Shown piece by piece: positions 21,373 to 34,833 of a stretch of 64,000 bases of DNA. The notes under the pieces are model-generated. The model worked only from the letters and a program-made list of their open reading frames with translations. It was not told the DNA's origin and searched no databases. Every line of letters starts with the position of its first letter. Position 1 is the stretch's first letter. Origin of the DNA: Spizellomyces punctatus DAOM BR117 (taxonomy: Eukaryota); NCBI GenBank assembly GCA_000182565.2, contig KQ257454.1, one strand, 5' to 3'. The translations under genes and the position numbers were made by a program.

Positions 21373-23744
21373 CTAAGGTGTTCCGAGCACACGCACAAAA
21401 AACTTTAGCTGCGTCGCCTATTGGCCTATTTACCGTTCAAGCATAGCAGAAACATTCCGTTACCCAGGTTTGATGGCAACCACAATATACCAGTTCAAAC
21501 CGCTGCTATTCCAGAGGTAAATAGGTCGCAGAGGAGGTCGCGCTGAAGGCAACGAAGGCGTCCAAACTTGCGATCGATCAGATCCTGCGTCAGTTATGAA
21601 AGACCGTAGAAACGTGGGCCTCCGTAATCTTGAGGGAACAATGGACACTCCGCTGTTCATATCGCCTGGAAAGTGGGGTTATTGTCACCGGCAATGTTGG
21701 GACGTGGCTTCTCCCAAATTGCTTTTCCGGTTTTTCTCGGCTCCTTGAAATCTGCCGTACAGTGTTTCTTTGGAGGGTAAGGAAACGCCCAATTATATTG
21801 TATTGTTGGGTATTGATGTCATCACACTTTGTAGATCGCGTTGGAAGCCGTTGCGCGGGAGGTCGGGTGTGATGCGATCGGCAGTCCAACCCGCGAACCT
21901 TTGAGAGTAGCTGAGACATATGCATAGAGGCCAAGAAAACCACTTGGGTGGATGACCCTGATGAGTAAGTTGGGTCACGCCAAGGGCACGCATTGCCATT
22001 TGCTCAACTGTCTACAGCAGCTAATTCACCACCAACTGAATTTGGACTACCACCACTTGAACCAGTTGGACCACCTAATGGGTACGGCTGGTAAACCACC
22101 ACCATTAACCATTAATACCACAGACAAGTCTAATCATAAATATATATATAAATCAGCGGCAATTGCCTTGGCATGATTACCATGTTTGTCATTTACAATA
22201 ATGGCAGAAACATGCATTCGCTTGAATGTTTTTGAAGGGAAGAACTAGGGGTTTTCCAAAAAAAAAAAAAGTCATGAGGCACACATTCCACATTGTAAAT
22301 GACGACTAAGATAGTCATTTCAAAACGATTGCTGCCGCAAAAGACCTGGAGAACATGCGTGGCAAACAGACTTTGTGGGCGGAGGTATTAGATAATGTGG
22401 CTTGTAAGTGTGTCGATCATTGAATTACATAACTGTTGAGCTATCAACAAGGCCCGACAGGTCTCTAGCTGTTCTACACTCTGGTTGCTAGGCCACTAGA
22501 GCGTTTGACTTCTACCCCCACTACACCCACTAGCATGTTATTCCTACAGCCCACTAGGCCACTAAAGAATACTTTGTGAGTTACTATTGCTTGTGAGTTA
22601 AGGCTTGTATTGTCGCTACCAAAAGGGTTGAATGGTACATAATTTTTTCAGCCGCCTCGCCCCTCATAGAGCATAGTGTGTGGAGGTGGTGGTTTCTAGC
22701 TACGTCGCGTCTACAGCTGTGATTTCAGTCCAACCCTATTCATTAGGTTGCGGGATGACATGAGGCAATAGGGTACAAGTGTTTATGGACAGATGGTCAC
22801 TATATGTCTCAAGGGAAAGTCGAGATAGTCTATACGACCCTGATCGTGTCAATGACTAGTATCAGCTTGATTCACGCATTGGCAGAATGATTTCTATGGT
22901 TACCCTAACCCTCTCCTTTAGATTCGGGGCTAGTTCATCATGTTATGTCTGCTCATGTGCTCATGGGCCAGTAGGAGATACCAACAACATTTTGAATCGC
23001 ATCTTCTTGTCGATTTGGGGCACGACAGCAAAGGGTAAACTATATGACAGAAATGGGGCATTTTGGCCAGCGGTCGATTCAGTTTGTTTATCAACGTTTA
23101 CTGCGACACTAAAGGATCTAATAATTTGTCGGAAAACTACCACATGGACGTTCGCCACCACTGCGTACGCAAACTCATAGATGCAAAGAGGGTTTCTGTC
23201 CAGGATATCTCATTTGCAAAGATGGTCCCGATACACTGACCACGCGCCCACCAAACCTACGGTTTGTCAAACACAGTCTCGCCATGAGAGTCGTGGGATA
23301 TATAGGTTTGTAGTGTTTTTATTGATGAGCCAAGATCATCTAGACAGTCTGAGGTTGGTGAGAATTGTTATAAATGATGGTTGTTTGTAAGTTAAGGCTT
23401 TTAGGATTCGCTACCCATGAACGTAAATAATCGTTTTTCAGCTGCGTCGCCCCTTTAGAGCATGGTGTGTTACAGTTGTTTAAAAGCAATTCCTTGCAAA
23501 ACATAACCAAGCTTTGAATAAAATAATACTTACAGCCAACACAAAGTGGCTTGAACAGCTCGAGTTGCAGTTCCATGCATTAGACTAGTTTCTGTGACAT
23601 TTACAGACTCTAAAGACATTCTTTGGTAGGATGATGTGATGGATGGAAAGACATGCGCTAAATGTACAAGAGATGAAAACGCACAGCCTTAATTCCAACT
23701 GCTAACAACCATCTTGTTCACGGGAATATCCTTCCGATCAACGT

Positions 23745-24480
23745 CTATTGAGCAGACTTTTGTAACTGTGCTATCTCTAAGTGCTGATCAAGGTAAGAGT
23801 GTTTGAATACAAGAGCTGCCGCACCTTCAGTTTTAAAATTAAACAACCAGACTTCTAAAGACTCTGATATTGCTGTTTTTCCTTTGGTTTGGTTCACGTC
23901 TGCCAACACGACTCTAAAAATACATACAACTTGTATCAAGCTATTCACCCGATGGTTGCTTGAATAGACATGTATCTTAATGATCGAGATAGCAAGCCAC
24001 ATCAAATACCGACTACGTTCCCCACTGTACATGACAAACCTGGTAATAATTGCAAAACAGTCGTACCTTGCAGACTATGGCGACCGTTTCGGCCATCAAT
24101 TCGGAATTCCTTCTCCAAATGTTCAGCCTGCAGCGAATCTGCAAGTTCCAGATTTCCCGCTTAAAAGGGCCATCAACTTTGGATTCCTTCCCCAAAAGTT
24201 TCAGCTTGGAACGATTGTGCAATTTGCAGAAAAACCGAGTGCAGAGTGCTGCGGCAACTTGTTCTGCTTCTGGCACCTCACCGCTTCTTCAAGCCCTGGA
24301 GTCTCTGCAGGCTCCACTGCTTCTGCAGGCTCTGCAGGATCCTCAAGCTGCTCTTCGTCTACCCACTCCTCATCCCCACTCCTCATCTTCTAGTACGCAT
24401 CCCTCGTCTAGACGCTCCACTTCCTCAAATTCTGGAAAGCGCCCAGCTCTTCCTCTACGTACAATTGTTGTGCGATCGCT
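23745..24480 (-). pseudogene. Frameshifted gene relic with an acidic E/P/A-rich tract and internal ~75-bp duplication
   Basis: EEWVDEEQLEDPAEPAEAVEPAE tract. Two copies of LQIAQSFQAE/LELADSLQAE...gatggcc. Coding sense switches frames. Confidence 0.45.
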
Positions 24481-26513
24481 ACCACGTTTGTTGTGTGCAA
24501 TGGACAATGTGCGATGTGGGTGTGCAAAATGGAATATAAATGTAGAGTAAATTGCAATGCAACGGACAACTGTCGAGAAAATGGCTGGGAAGTCGGAAGG
24601 CAGCAGGGGTGCCATATAAGTAGTGGTCCAGAGAGCTACAGTGGTCTATATTTGGTTGGATTGGAAGCTTCTGCGAAAGCTGAGAACTCCTAAGCTCCTG
24701 TGAATGTCCCTGGAGGGCGCTTCGGCTTTAGCGCTTCTTCAAATGCTGGTTGAGCAAGCCAGCGTGAGTTCATTCTGGAACGATTGAATTGGACTGCGGT
24801 GTAGCTTGTTTGATAATTAAGTGACGAGATGGGATGGCGAGAACATCCGATCCAGTTTTGGTTTAGGTAGCTTCAGTTATTTTATCGGCTGCAAGTAGAT
24901 GTAGAGGGCAATTATAATGCTCGGGATATGAATTTGCAACGATGAATTGGCTTTTCACGATGGAGCAATAACTGTGCTCAATCATTGACCTGGATTATTG
25001 GCAGCAAACAGCCCAAATACGGCAAAAGATGAGAGAGAACTACACACTATCCATCGAGTGACATCGATTAGACATATCTAAAAACCAAGGTGGCAGCTAC
25101 AAACTGGCACGCGATGCACAAAATCGTGTGATGAAAAACTTTTCACACAAGCTTGATGCACTGCTGATATAGTGCAAGTAACGAAGTCGCGATGCAGGAG
25201 AACAGATCTTCAAGTACTTAACGATACGTTTTTTGCGTGTCCTGGAGTAGATCAGAGGCGAGGATATGCCATTGTTGTAGAGTGTTTTTATAATGGCGTC
25301 TCCTCATTTGCCGACTCTGAACTTTCAATGCATTGATCAATCAAACTTGCAATCACGTAATCTCTGACAACGTTGGCAGACTGAAAAGCATGCGAAGAGA
25401 TGCAGAAAGGGTTAAGATTCATGGAAAAGGGGAATGCTGTGATAGGATATCATAAGAACACGGCAGATATCATCAACAGGATCCTCATTTGATGTTTTCC
25501 TCTCCGAATGTCATTAAGCTGATATATCCTTGAACCTTAATGAATGTGTGCGTTATAGTGTATGCACTTTTCCCTAAACCCTCGCTCGTTTGATACCCAA
25601 AATATGTAGTGTATGATGCTCGCATAAATTGTCTCCCACACTTACGAGATAAGCTTTTTGGGTTTGTACGGAAGAGCTTAATTACACGTCATTCGATAAT
25701 GGAATATTCGATGGTGGAATTAATTGAACACCGCGTCCAATATTGAATACTATAAACGAGGCATCGACCCAGCGCCGTTTGTTAAGACTATGCGTTAAAA
25801 TATTTTACGAAGACGGACGACGTGATGATCATGCTTCATATCCCTCGGTTGAAAATTTGGAGAGCTTTCAACCGTCCTTGGAGCCAGAGGATAATACATT
25901 CTCCATTAGTGGTGAGTAAGTATAGTGGTTTGGGGCAGTCCACGGCTTAACTATCCCAATTTACAACACCTGGTCTAGAAAGCTAGTGATTGCCAATACA
26001 ACTGTCAATGAGAAGCACCTGGTTCTTACAAGCTCAGCATCATATATGTCGTGAATTCCATGTTGGAAACATGTTACTATCACCCTAACAGATGTGGACA
26101 TACTAAACATGACCACTTCTCTGTGCAGCGTCTAAAAGAGAGTAGATGGCGTATCATTCAAAGCTGTGTTCAAGAGTATTAACCAAAGAAATCTTGTCCC
26201 GTTCGCGTGCTGTAAACAAGGTCACTCAAAGCTGGACGCCTAGACTTCACTACCGGAAAAGCTTTCTTGTTGTCGCCCCGCATGTTTGCCAAACAGACGA
26301 CTTGTATTGCACTACCATATATATTAATAGTGACCCCACTGACATAAAAGTTCAAGGAAACAAATCTTTCCGAGCCCAGGCTTATGGACGCACAATTCTA
26401 ATAATTAGTTTATACCAACAATGTACGGTCAACATATGTCCACCCTAGGCAATGCCTCCTATGCAGCCTCCCTCCTGGCTGTTACTTCAATCTTTGGATT
26501 TTGCTCAATCTAA

Positions 26514-28420
26514 CTAAAAATCTTGCCACTCATCATCAGAGGTGCCCACTTGGGTGCGGGCGCGTGATGTGACGGAGCCGCTATCTCGTTGTATACCCGA
26601 ATCAAGTGTCACAGCGGGTGTACTTGATACAGGAGTGGGGTTGTTGCCCGGTGACCACTCCGAGCTGGGTTTATCCCAATCGCTCCAGAGGTCGTCCCCT
26701 CCTTGACCGTCCCAGCTGTTGCGCAAAGCGCCGGTATCGTACCCGTCGGTCCCATATGTTGTTCCCTCTGGTCCAAATCCGCCCTGCTGTGCTGGGGTGT
26801 AGCCACCTGCTTGGTTGACGAGGTTCGTTGCAAAATTGAACCCTTTCTGCCCAGCTTCGGCCACCTATGAATGCCAGCCGTTAGCACAATGTAGGTTGAC
26901 GTGCTTGCACAAGTTGGGTACTCACCCTATTGCCCAATGTTGAGACAGACCGCGTTATATTATCCTTGAAATTGGGATCCCGTACAGCCGTAGCGGTCGG
27001 TTGAATGACGTTTTCTGCCACCTACGAAACATGGGGATATGTACATAACGACGAGGTTGCTAACGATAAAATCCGGTCAAATGATACCTTTTGCCCAACC
27101 ATTTCAGCCCCTGATACAGCCAGCTTCGCACCCTCTACCACCGTATTCCCTAGTACCCCTACCACGGAAGTCACAGTGGGTGCCAGGAAGCTCCATCCTT
27201 TTGACAATGCGGCAAGCGGGTCCTCCAAGAGATTAGCAGACCCGGGATTATTGGCTGGTGTATCTAGAATCCACGTGAATTAGTGCACAGCGAGAGGATA
27301 GCAGGTGCGTTGCAAACTCTACTAACAGTTGGTATTTCCGAAACCAGCATACCGCCCACCTTGGCTTGGTGGTAAATCTGCTGAGCGGTTAGAGTTCTCC
27401 TGGCCTTTACGCTGACAAAGGAGGAATAAGGTGCCTGACTAAAAACCGATGACCGCAGTCAGAACATTCTCTTACATAAAAATAATCTTCATTCCTTGCT
27501 TTATCGGGAAGCGCCCCCGTAGTGGCGCTCTGCGTACCCGTATATCCCCCTGCCGAGCCCCCACTCCCCATGCTTCTCGGCACAACAGGCGATCCATTAG
27601 TTCGCGGCGTTCCAGTCGGACGAGGAGAACTGGTGCTCGATCGCGGCGGCGCTGTCCATGTTCGACCTTCACACTCGGCAGCGAGCTAATACAGGCAGTT
27701 GATGAAATAGATGTTTGGTTATAGAAGTAATAGTAGTAGGCACCTTTTCTTTATACTGCCGCGCAAATTCGCTGGATATAATCGTCGGCGGTTAGCTTGG
27801 CACCATAGGACACAAGGAAGACTGCCGTTCGAACCTCTGGTATTTATCCTAAAAAAACGATATACAAATATACCGGCTCAGACAAGCATCGAGCAAGATG
27901 CACAAATATTCTTTCTATCAACATACTTGAATGGTCATTCCCTCAGAATAATCTTGAATTGGTACGGCACATGAGCCACGTCATGTCAGGTTGCTTAATA
28001 AATCCACGCCAACCAACCTGGATGCGACTTGAAAAAGGCCAAGGCCTTTTTATTTCCACCGAGCTGCATCCTCCGGACCTGATCCTCACTCCACTTATCC
28101 ATCGTCACTGACCGTACGAAACTCACATGAACGCCCTGCGCAAACCCGAAAAATTTAAGCATCGTCAGCGCAGGTACCGCCAGTAGCTCTCTCATGTGGC
28201 AACCCTCTTACCAAACTCCTATGTACGCCCGAACACTCCAAGCAGAAGAAAATGCCATAAGTCACGCTCGCCCATTGGGGATGATGTGCTCCTGAACACT
28301 GTAATCAGCATCCGTTGCTCCCCTTCATCAACGACAATTCCACTATATACCACAGTCAATGCATATCTTGTTATCCTCTCTGCGCTGTAGCTCCAATAAT
28401 GTTTGTTTCAGAGGGTCCAT
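26514..28420 (-). CDS. GCS1: ADP-ribosylation factor GAP (ArfGAP1/Gcs1-like), multi-exon
   Basis: [61 protein letters not shown] zinc finger, [18 protein letters not shown]-like region, and DDEWQDF end. Confidence 0.92.
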
Positions 28421-28509
28421 AGTGCCTTGGGAAGAGATGTGAAATTGTACCTTCAACGAACATTTGGTTTTAGCGGCTATCCCAAGTCGGCGGTTGCGTA
28501 ATCTCTTAT

Positions 28510-28515
28510 CACGTG
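28510..28515. promoter_or_regulatory. E-box TCACGTGA in the divergent ArfGAP/28843 promoter (similar CACGTG at 17202, 32609, 32622, 34912, 36359)
   Basis: CACGTG recurs in short intergenic regions upstream of start codons. Confidence 0.45.
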
Positions 28516-28842
28516 ACAGTAATCGAGAGGGCCGATCGCGCTAAGGTCAGCGTTATGCTGGTTGACCTTTCCTCACCATTGAAAAACTATTTATCTCGAG
28601 TTCACTGTTCAAGCTGGCGATTACCCAGTACTTTTTAATCTCGAGCGCCATTTCTGATAGAAGCACCTAGTATCCGTACTTATCGAAAACTTGGAGAACC
28701 GGCATTCTGCTCTTGCGCAGCGCAGCATTCAAGAAACGCTGTAGGAGTCGATAACTCGGCTCCGAATGTACTTTAAGCCTGAAACCCCTCATTTCCCCCA
28801 CCAACCTCCCGGTCTCCAGCGCAGCGATCCATTTTTAAATCC

Positions 28843-29688
28843 ATGATGTCGTCCGCAGGACCCGATACCGAAGACCTATCAGAAACACAAAGTTCTGCAC
28901 CAGCTCCTACATCCTCTGTTACTCGGTCATTGAAGAATATACGGCACATAGATAGAGAAGAGGGGGAAGGTGATTCCACACAGGTTGCGGAGATGGAGGG
29001 TGTAGCAACGCGCGCGCGTGGACTGAAAGTATGTTTTTTTGACGAATGGGGGTGTGGTAATGTGTATGAGATGTTTACCGGAAACTCAACTTAGCGTAAA
29101 CAAGCACTACAAAATATGCCCAGCAAAAAGGCTAAACGAGGAGCAACAAAGGTAGTATCCTCTATTGCCTCTTCTCTATATTTAAAAGCCAACTCATAGT
29201 TGGATCCCAAGAAATCAACAAAACAACCGCCAGGTGCTCGCGAAGCAATACTTGCTAAAGAACTCCGATGCTTCAGCAACGATACAAAAGAAGTCATGAA
29301 ATGGAGCGTATGGATGCAACAGCTAGGGGAGCAAATTCGGCATATGGAGGTGCTAAACGTTTGTTTCACTGACACGATTATTTTTGATTGTAACATCCGC
29401 TGGCATCAGAAACGCTTCTCGACCATGTCATCGCAACATAGCAATACCCGCGACAACGCCACAAGAACTTTTCACAAGCGATCACAATCCCTAATTAAGG
29501 AGTTGGAGACACTCCAGACACGCACAGAGCAATTGTCGGACAAAATGAGACAGGACGTTATAGAACCGCTCGGGGAGTTGCAATCAGAGGAGAGAAGAGC
29601 AGATGGGGGAGGGAATGGTAATGGTAATGGACCAGGGAGATCGGGCGACTTGAGACGTAGAGGACAGGCTGTAAATAGTATACAATAG
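28843..29688 (+). CDS. Hypothetical spliced protein with a C-terminal coiled coil
   Basis: GT-AG introns join 28843..29029, the RKQALQNMPSKKAKRGATK exon and ORF 29200..29688 in frame. No family recognised. Confidence 0.55.
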
Positions 29689-30171
29689 AGAACACCCCGT
29701 ACGTTGGTGTCAAAAGTGTTACATGCCCAAGTCATCAATGAGGCATAACCAGAAAGCGGTTACCCAGAACCAAGATCACGTCATGACATAGAAACTCATA
29801 CGAATAATCTCTTCCCAAAGCTCCCCCATACACCTAGCTATACACCCAACACGGAACAAAGCGCATCCGCGAAACCAGAATGTCCTGCATCTACCGACCT
29901 CAGACCTCATCCGCGTCGTACACAGCCACAGCGTACTGGCAAAAGCATTAGAGCCCGGCCAACTGATAAAGACGCGTTTCTCTCCCACCGACGATCAAAA
30001 CATTTCCCAACCCCACCCTTACATGCCCACCAGCCCAAAGAGCAAACAGAACTGCTCGATTATCACCCCGCAACGCACATTCTTAGCAGGTACGCGACCA
30101 CCTGGCGCACTAATCCCGATATGGACGATACCCAACTGGCCAAGCCAATTACCTGCCCGACAGACACCACA

Positions 30172-32204
30172 TCAGAAACCTCGCCCCGCCCCGCCACTGG
30201 GTTTTCTTGCTTGTTGTCCAGCAGCGCTTCCACCTTGCATACTCACACCAGGAGTCGCCACCCGTGAACTATTCCGGGTCATGGCCGGATCACCGTAACC
30301 ATATTGGGCGTTACCGTGTCCTGGACTTCCGGCTTGGTAATAGTTAGGGTAGGCGTACTGTTGCTGTCCCGTGTAGGGGGCACCCGCAGCGTTTGAACCA
30401 TAATTTGTTGCTGCGGTCGTAGCGGGACGCTGGGCGCTTCCGGTTGTTGCCGCTGGTCGGCGAGCAGAAGCAGCGGCGGGTTGGACAGCAGGGCGAGCTT
30501 TCTCGCGGGACGAATGGTGGTGTCTTTCAACGAGGTACATCAATATAACATCATCACATTACTAATCCACAGGTCAAATTCTTACCTGTCGTCACCACCT
30601 TCTTCGGTCTTGACTTCTCGTCCAGAGGCATCCCTTCCTTCTTGCTTCATAAAGAAAAGCAATATTGTTAGCGAGGAGACCATGGATGGTTTCGCAAATG
30701 GCTCAGCCTTCAATGGACTTCGACCTACTTGGTATTTTACAACTGTCCAGTCGAAGACGTAGTCGTAATGGTATCCTTCACGAATAAAAAGATCTCGGAA
30801 AAGTTTCCGCAAGTAACTGTAGTCAGGTTTGTCGTCAAAGCGTAACGAGCGTGTGTAGTTGAGATACACGGAGAACTCATTGGGGAAACCTCTGCAGATT
30901 ATGGGATGAGCTAAAATAACGGCGAGCGGAACGTGGACCCACCGAACCTACCTGCACAGAACTTCTGTTGGGGTCGTCATCTTTTTTTCCATAATTCTGT
31001 CGTATTTTTGCTTCTTCGTGGCAGCCTTCAAGCCTTGCCATGGTAGTGCTCCTCGACAGAAATACATGAGGACATAACCGAGCGACTCTAAATCATCACG
31101 CCTCGATTGTTCTGCGCAAAAACCATCAGTCAACTAAACCGGCGAGTATTCGCTGTGGCCTAAGAACGCGGTGGCTTACCAACTCCCAGGTGAGTATTAA
31201 TACTCGCATAACGGGCCGTCCCTGTGAGATTTTTGTTTTCTTTATAGGGGATATGTAGGTGTGTCTTTGGATCCCGGTACTTCTTTGCCAGACCGAAATC
31301 AATCACATTGACTTGGTTTCCACGCTTCCCCAAGCCCATCAAGAAATTATCCGGCTTGATATCCCGGTGTATAAAATTTTTGGAGTGGATGTACTCAATG
31401 CGGGAGATCTGGTCGAAAATGAGATCAAAATTCAGAGAACGGGAGGGTTGCAAAAGTATCATGAATACGCACCAACTGATCCGCAAGCAGTAGAACAGTT
31501 TTTAATGTGAATTTCCGACCGCAGAAGTTGAACAAATCTTCCAGACTGGGCCCCAGCAAGTCAATAACCATGCAGTTATAGTCGCACTCTATCCCGAACC
31601 AGCGCACGAAAGGAATTCCAACTGAAAGAAGTAATTGGTCAACCATGCTGCGCTAGTTCAATCGACATAATTAAGGAAGTGTCAAACTTACCGCCTCCTG
31701 CTAAACTTTTGTACACCTTTGATTCATACTCTAATTGCGGATGCTTCGCCTTTACAGATTCCAATTTGATGGCAACCTCCTCCCCATTGATGATGTTCGT
31801 ACCTGGTAAGAGAAAGGAACAGGTGATGGAGTCAGTCATCCTGCTGCAACGAAGAAGGCACGACGGATTGGGTGCCGCACGGAATTATCTCCATCAATTT
31901 GTCAATTTGACTCGCGCGAAGAGAAGTGATGAAAGCATGCGCTTTGACCTCCAAGTCTGCTTCCTGCCAATCAAACGCATGTGATTGGACTCCTCAGAAG
32001 GTAGACCTCGCTCCATGGAGTTCCCATCCTCTCTCATCAAGTGACATCAACCAACGTCATCCATAAACAAGTACCTAAGTAGATATCACCAAAGCTTCCA
32101 CTTCCGATCTTTCTTCCAATCCTGAATTTGTTGCCGACTCGAAGGTCCATCAATGCATGGGGAGGGCCCTGAGCTGACGACCCAGAGCCTTGCTGAGCCT
32201 GCAT
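30172..32204 (-). CDS. HRR25: Casein kinase I (delta/epsilon, Hrr25/Hhp1-like), multi-exon
   Basis: [81 protein letters not shown]. Confidence 0.97.
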
Positions 32205-32995
32205 TTTGGGTTGTAAAAGGGATGCGAGAACCTGATGGGCAAAGCGTAACCGCCGAGGCTATATATCTAAAGAAAGGGCGAGATGAAATGATATTGCATC
32301 ATTAGATTCCCAAATCATCGAGCACGGCAAACTATGCACCTTTCTTGGCTAACAAGAAAGGGGGTCGCGCCACCTACCCCGCAATGGTGGGATGTGCGCC
32401 AGGAAGTGGGATGTGCCTGGCAAGACAGCGAGCACAGTTCTCTGTCTCTAACGCCGAGAAATGTAAAATGTTTCTGCCGTCGCGTCCTCCAAAGATTGGG
32501 TCTTTGCTTCCAATGGGGGGTGGTTCGTCAGGTGGGTTGCCCTGCTTCCCACTGTGCGCCGCTTTCAATTTCACCCCCCCAGCCAAACAAAGTGTGTGAC
32601 AGTAGAGTCACGTGTATTTATCACGTGTACAAGGTGACAGGTCCAGCGTCATCCTTGGAGTTTCCAACTTGTAAAACAAGGTTTGCAAACGACTGCTGAA
32701 CTTGGAATTGATTTGCGATAGATCTTGGCTGTTCATTGGCGGAAGGCTGCCTAATGTGAATATTTGTTTGTATCAGCTACAGTCTCATAATAATAAATAG
32801 TGTTATAACATCTGACATGTCCTACTGCAAGCAGTTCTCCAAGGCTTTTCTGTGAAGGGGGTCCATATGGCTCACAAGTCCGGCTTGTGCATGGGCTTGC
32901 TGGCTGCGTTGCGTAATAATTCTGTGACTACTCTTACCTAGGATGAATTGAAATTGAGCCAAACTGCCTGTAATTTGGTGAAATCTATTTTACGG

Positions 32996-34204
32996 ATGCT
33001 GGAAGGCAACCAGTCTAACGCTGAAGGCAAGGACAAAATCACAGTCATTGATGCCGGCGCTGCTTCGGTGAGCAAGGACTAGAAGAGTTGTGCAGAAAAT
33101 CAATTATATCAGACAGGTTTCGACTCCCTCTAATTCCAGGTGCAAGGCCGTCGTCCACATCAAGAAGACCGGTATACTATTATCCCGCCCACAGCTGTCC
33201 CTGGCTCCCAGCGCAAGGTGGCATTTTATGCGATCTTTGACGGACAGTAAGCTGGTTTCGATGACATTATATGATCCGCGTGTATCTAGCAGATTACTGA
33301 TATCCCCATAAAGTGGCGGCACAACGGCTGCAGAACATGCTCGCACCCATCTGCACAGAATTCTAGCTCTCCTTCCCGAATTTCAAAAGGGAAAGTACGA
33401 AGAAGCTATCCGCATAGCGTTCCGTAGAGAGGATGAAGAGCTTTTCAATACCCTCGTCTTAGAAAGGGGCCAAAAGAAGGGTGGTACAACTGCCGTCATC
33501 TCCATTGTCGATGTGACAGCAGCGCTTCTTGTCGTTGGAAATCTGGGCGACGCTCGGGCAGTTTTAGGTATTTTAGATGATAGGAAGCATTCCGGGTATA
33601 GAGCGGTGAGTACGGGATCTTCATGCTGATGAGTGGACTTGGAGCTCAACATTGGTCATGTAGGAACGGTTAACAAAGGATCATAAGCCCACTGAACCAG
33701 AAGAAATGGCAAGAATTGCGGAGGTTGGAGGAGAAGTCAATCCTGCCTCTGGGAGAATTGGTAGGATCGTAGCACTCGGTATCCAAATTTCACCATACTG
33801 ACAGTCTGCAATCTCTTTCAGGAGCCGTAAATATATCTCGCGCATTGGGAGATTTCCGATACAAGCTGCCTCTGACTCGGACTGATCAGAACGATCCCCT
33901 TGTGTCTGAAGCTGTCCGTCCAGGGGCCAACGTCAAAGACGATTTCGTGTCCGTTGAGCCACACATCACGAGTAAACACCTTGACCCAGCAGTACATCAT
34001 TTGCTCGTGCTGGCTAGCGATGGAGTGTGGAATGAAATGAAAGATCAAACTGTCATTGATCTCGTTGCCGCTGGAAGGCAGAAAGGATGGGACGCACATA
34101 CAATTGCAAAAGCGATTGTGAAAACTACAGAGAAAAACCTGTACAGCGATAATGCAACGTGTATCGTGGTGATTTTTGGGAAGCCGAGGCCAGTGGAGGA
34201 GTGA
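32996..34204 (+). CDS. Protein phosphatase 2C (start uncertain), multi-exon
   Basis: QGRRPHQEDR, AIFDGH/GG across an intron, GNLGDARAV, LTKDHKP, SRALGD, LASDGVW, DNATCIVV. Confidence 0.93.
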
Positions 34205-34710
34205 GAATGACGGAAGCCTGCAGTCCTCTTTTGTCAAAATGCGCAAGTATATAGTGTGCTAGTTCCTGCGGCATTGCGGTCATTTGAATAAACCCCATGA
34301 TCATGAAGATGAACATGCAAACCTGTTCACTTGTCGTGATGGCTGCAATTACTGCCCTTGCGGCGATCCAATGACTGGACATTCTCCTCCTGTAGCACAT
34401 GTTTTTCTATATAAACCCACTTTCTCTCTCTTTTCCTTTTGATCTTTATCCTCGACTATCAGGAAGAAATCTTAGGAAGGATGCCGATCTGGTGCTGAGG
34501 ACCTTCACTTTCCAAATGACCCCAACAATCAGCAAACATTGCCTTTCAATGCTGCCGCCGTGATCACAAGTATGTCTTAATAGAATCTTTCCATACTTAT
34601 TATCCAGTCTAATCCTGGTTTCCGAGTATCCAAATATCCTAGAACTGACAAACTCTGTCGTGGTAGCCGGAGCACTCGTAGGAATCCTCTCACGGTGCTG
34701 AGTGCAAGGT

Positions 34711-34833
34711 TACCCAGTTGACCGACTGTAATGTATTGCATGCGTAACTAAGCCCATTAGTTGTGGTTAACTGTATCCAGGCTGGTTGTCACTAGACCAA
34801 AGGTGTTCATTCTTCGCTGGGGCCAATACACTA
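34711..34833 (+). mobile_element. Decayed ghost Fanzor mini-element, copy 2
   Basis: Colinear with 19240-19109. The leader matches at 29 of 41 aligned positions, mostly with transitions, followed by tcc..g/ctggttgtc, ggtgt and an identical 3' end gccaatacacta. Confidence 0.65.

Noticed and set aside
23977-23989. ttaatgatcgaga match to the ghost-1 flank as a guide target
   Set aside because: It covers only the distal guide and flank, not the 5' seed, so it is probably chance.
31805-32074. C/D snoRNA in the long first CK1 intron
   Set aside because: TGATGA and CTGA are only about 40 nt apart, with no convincing terminal stem or recognisable rRNA guide.
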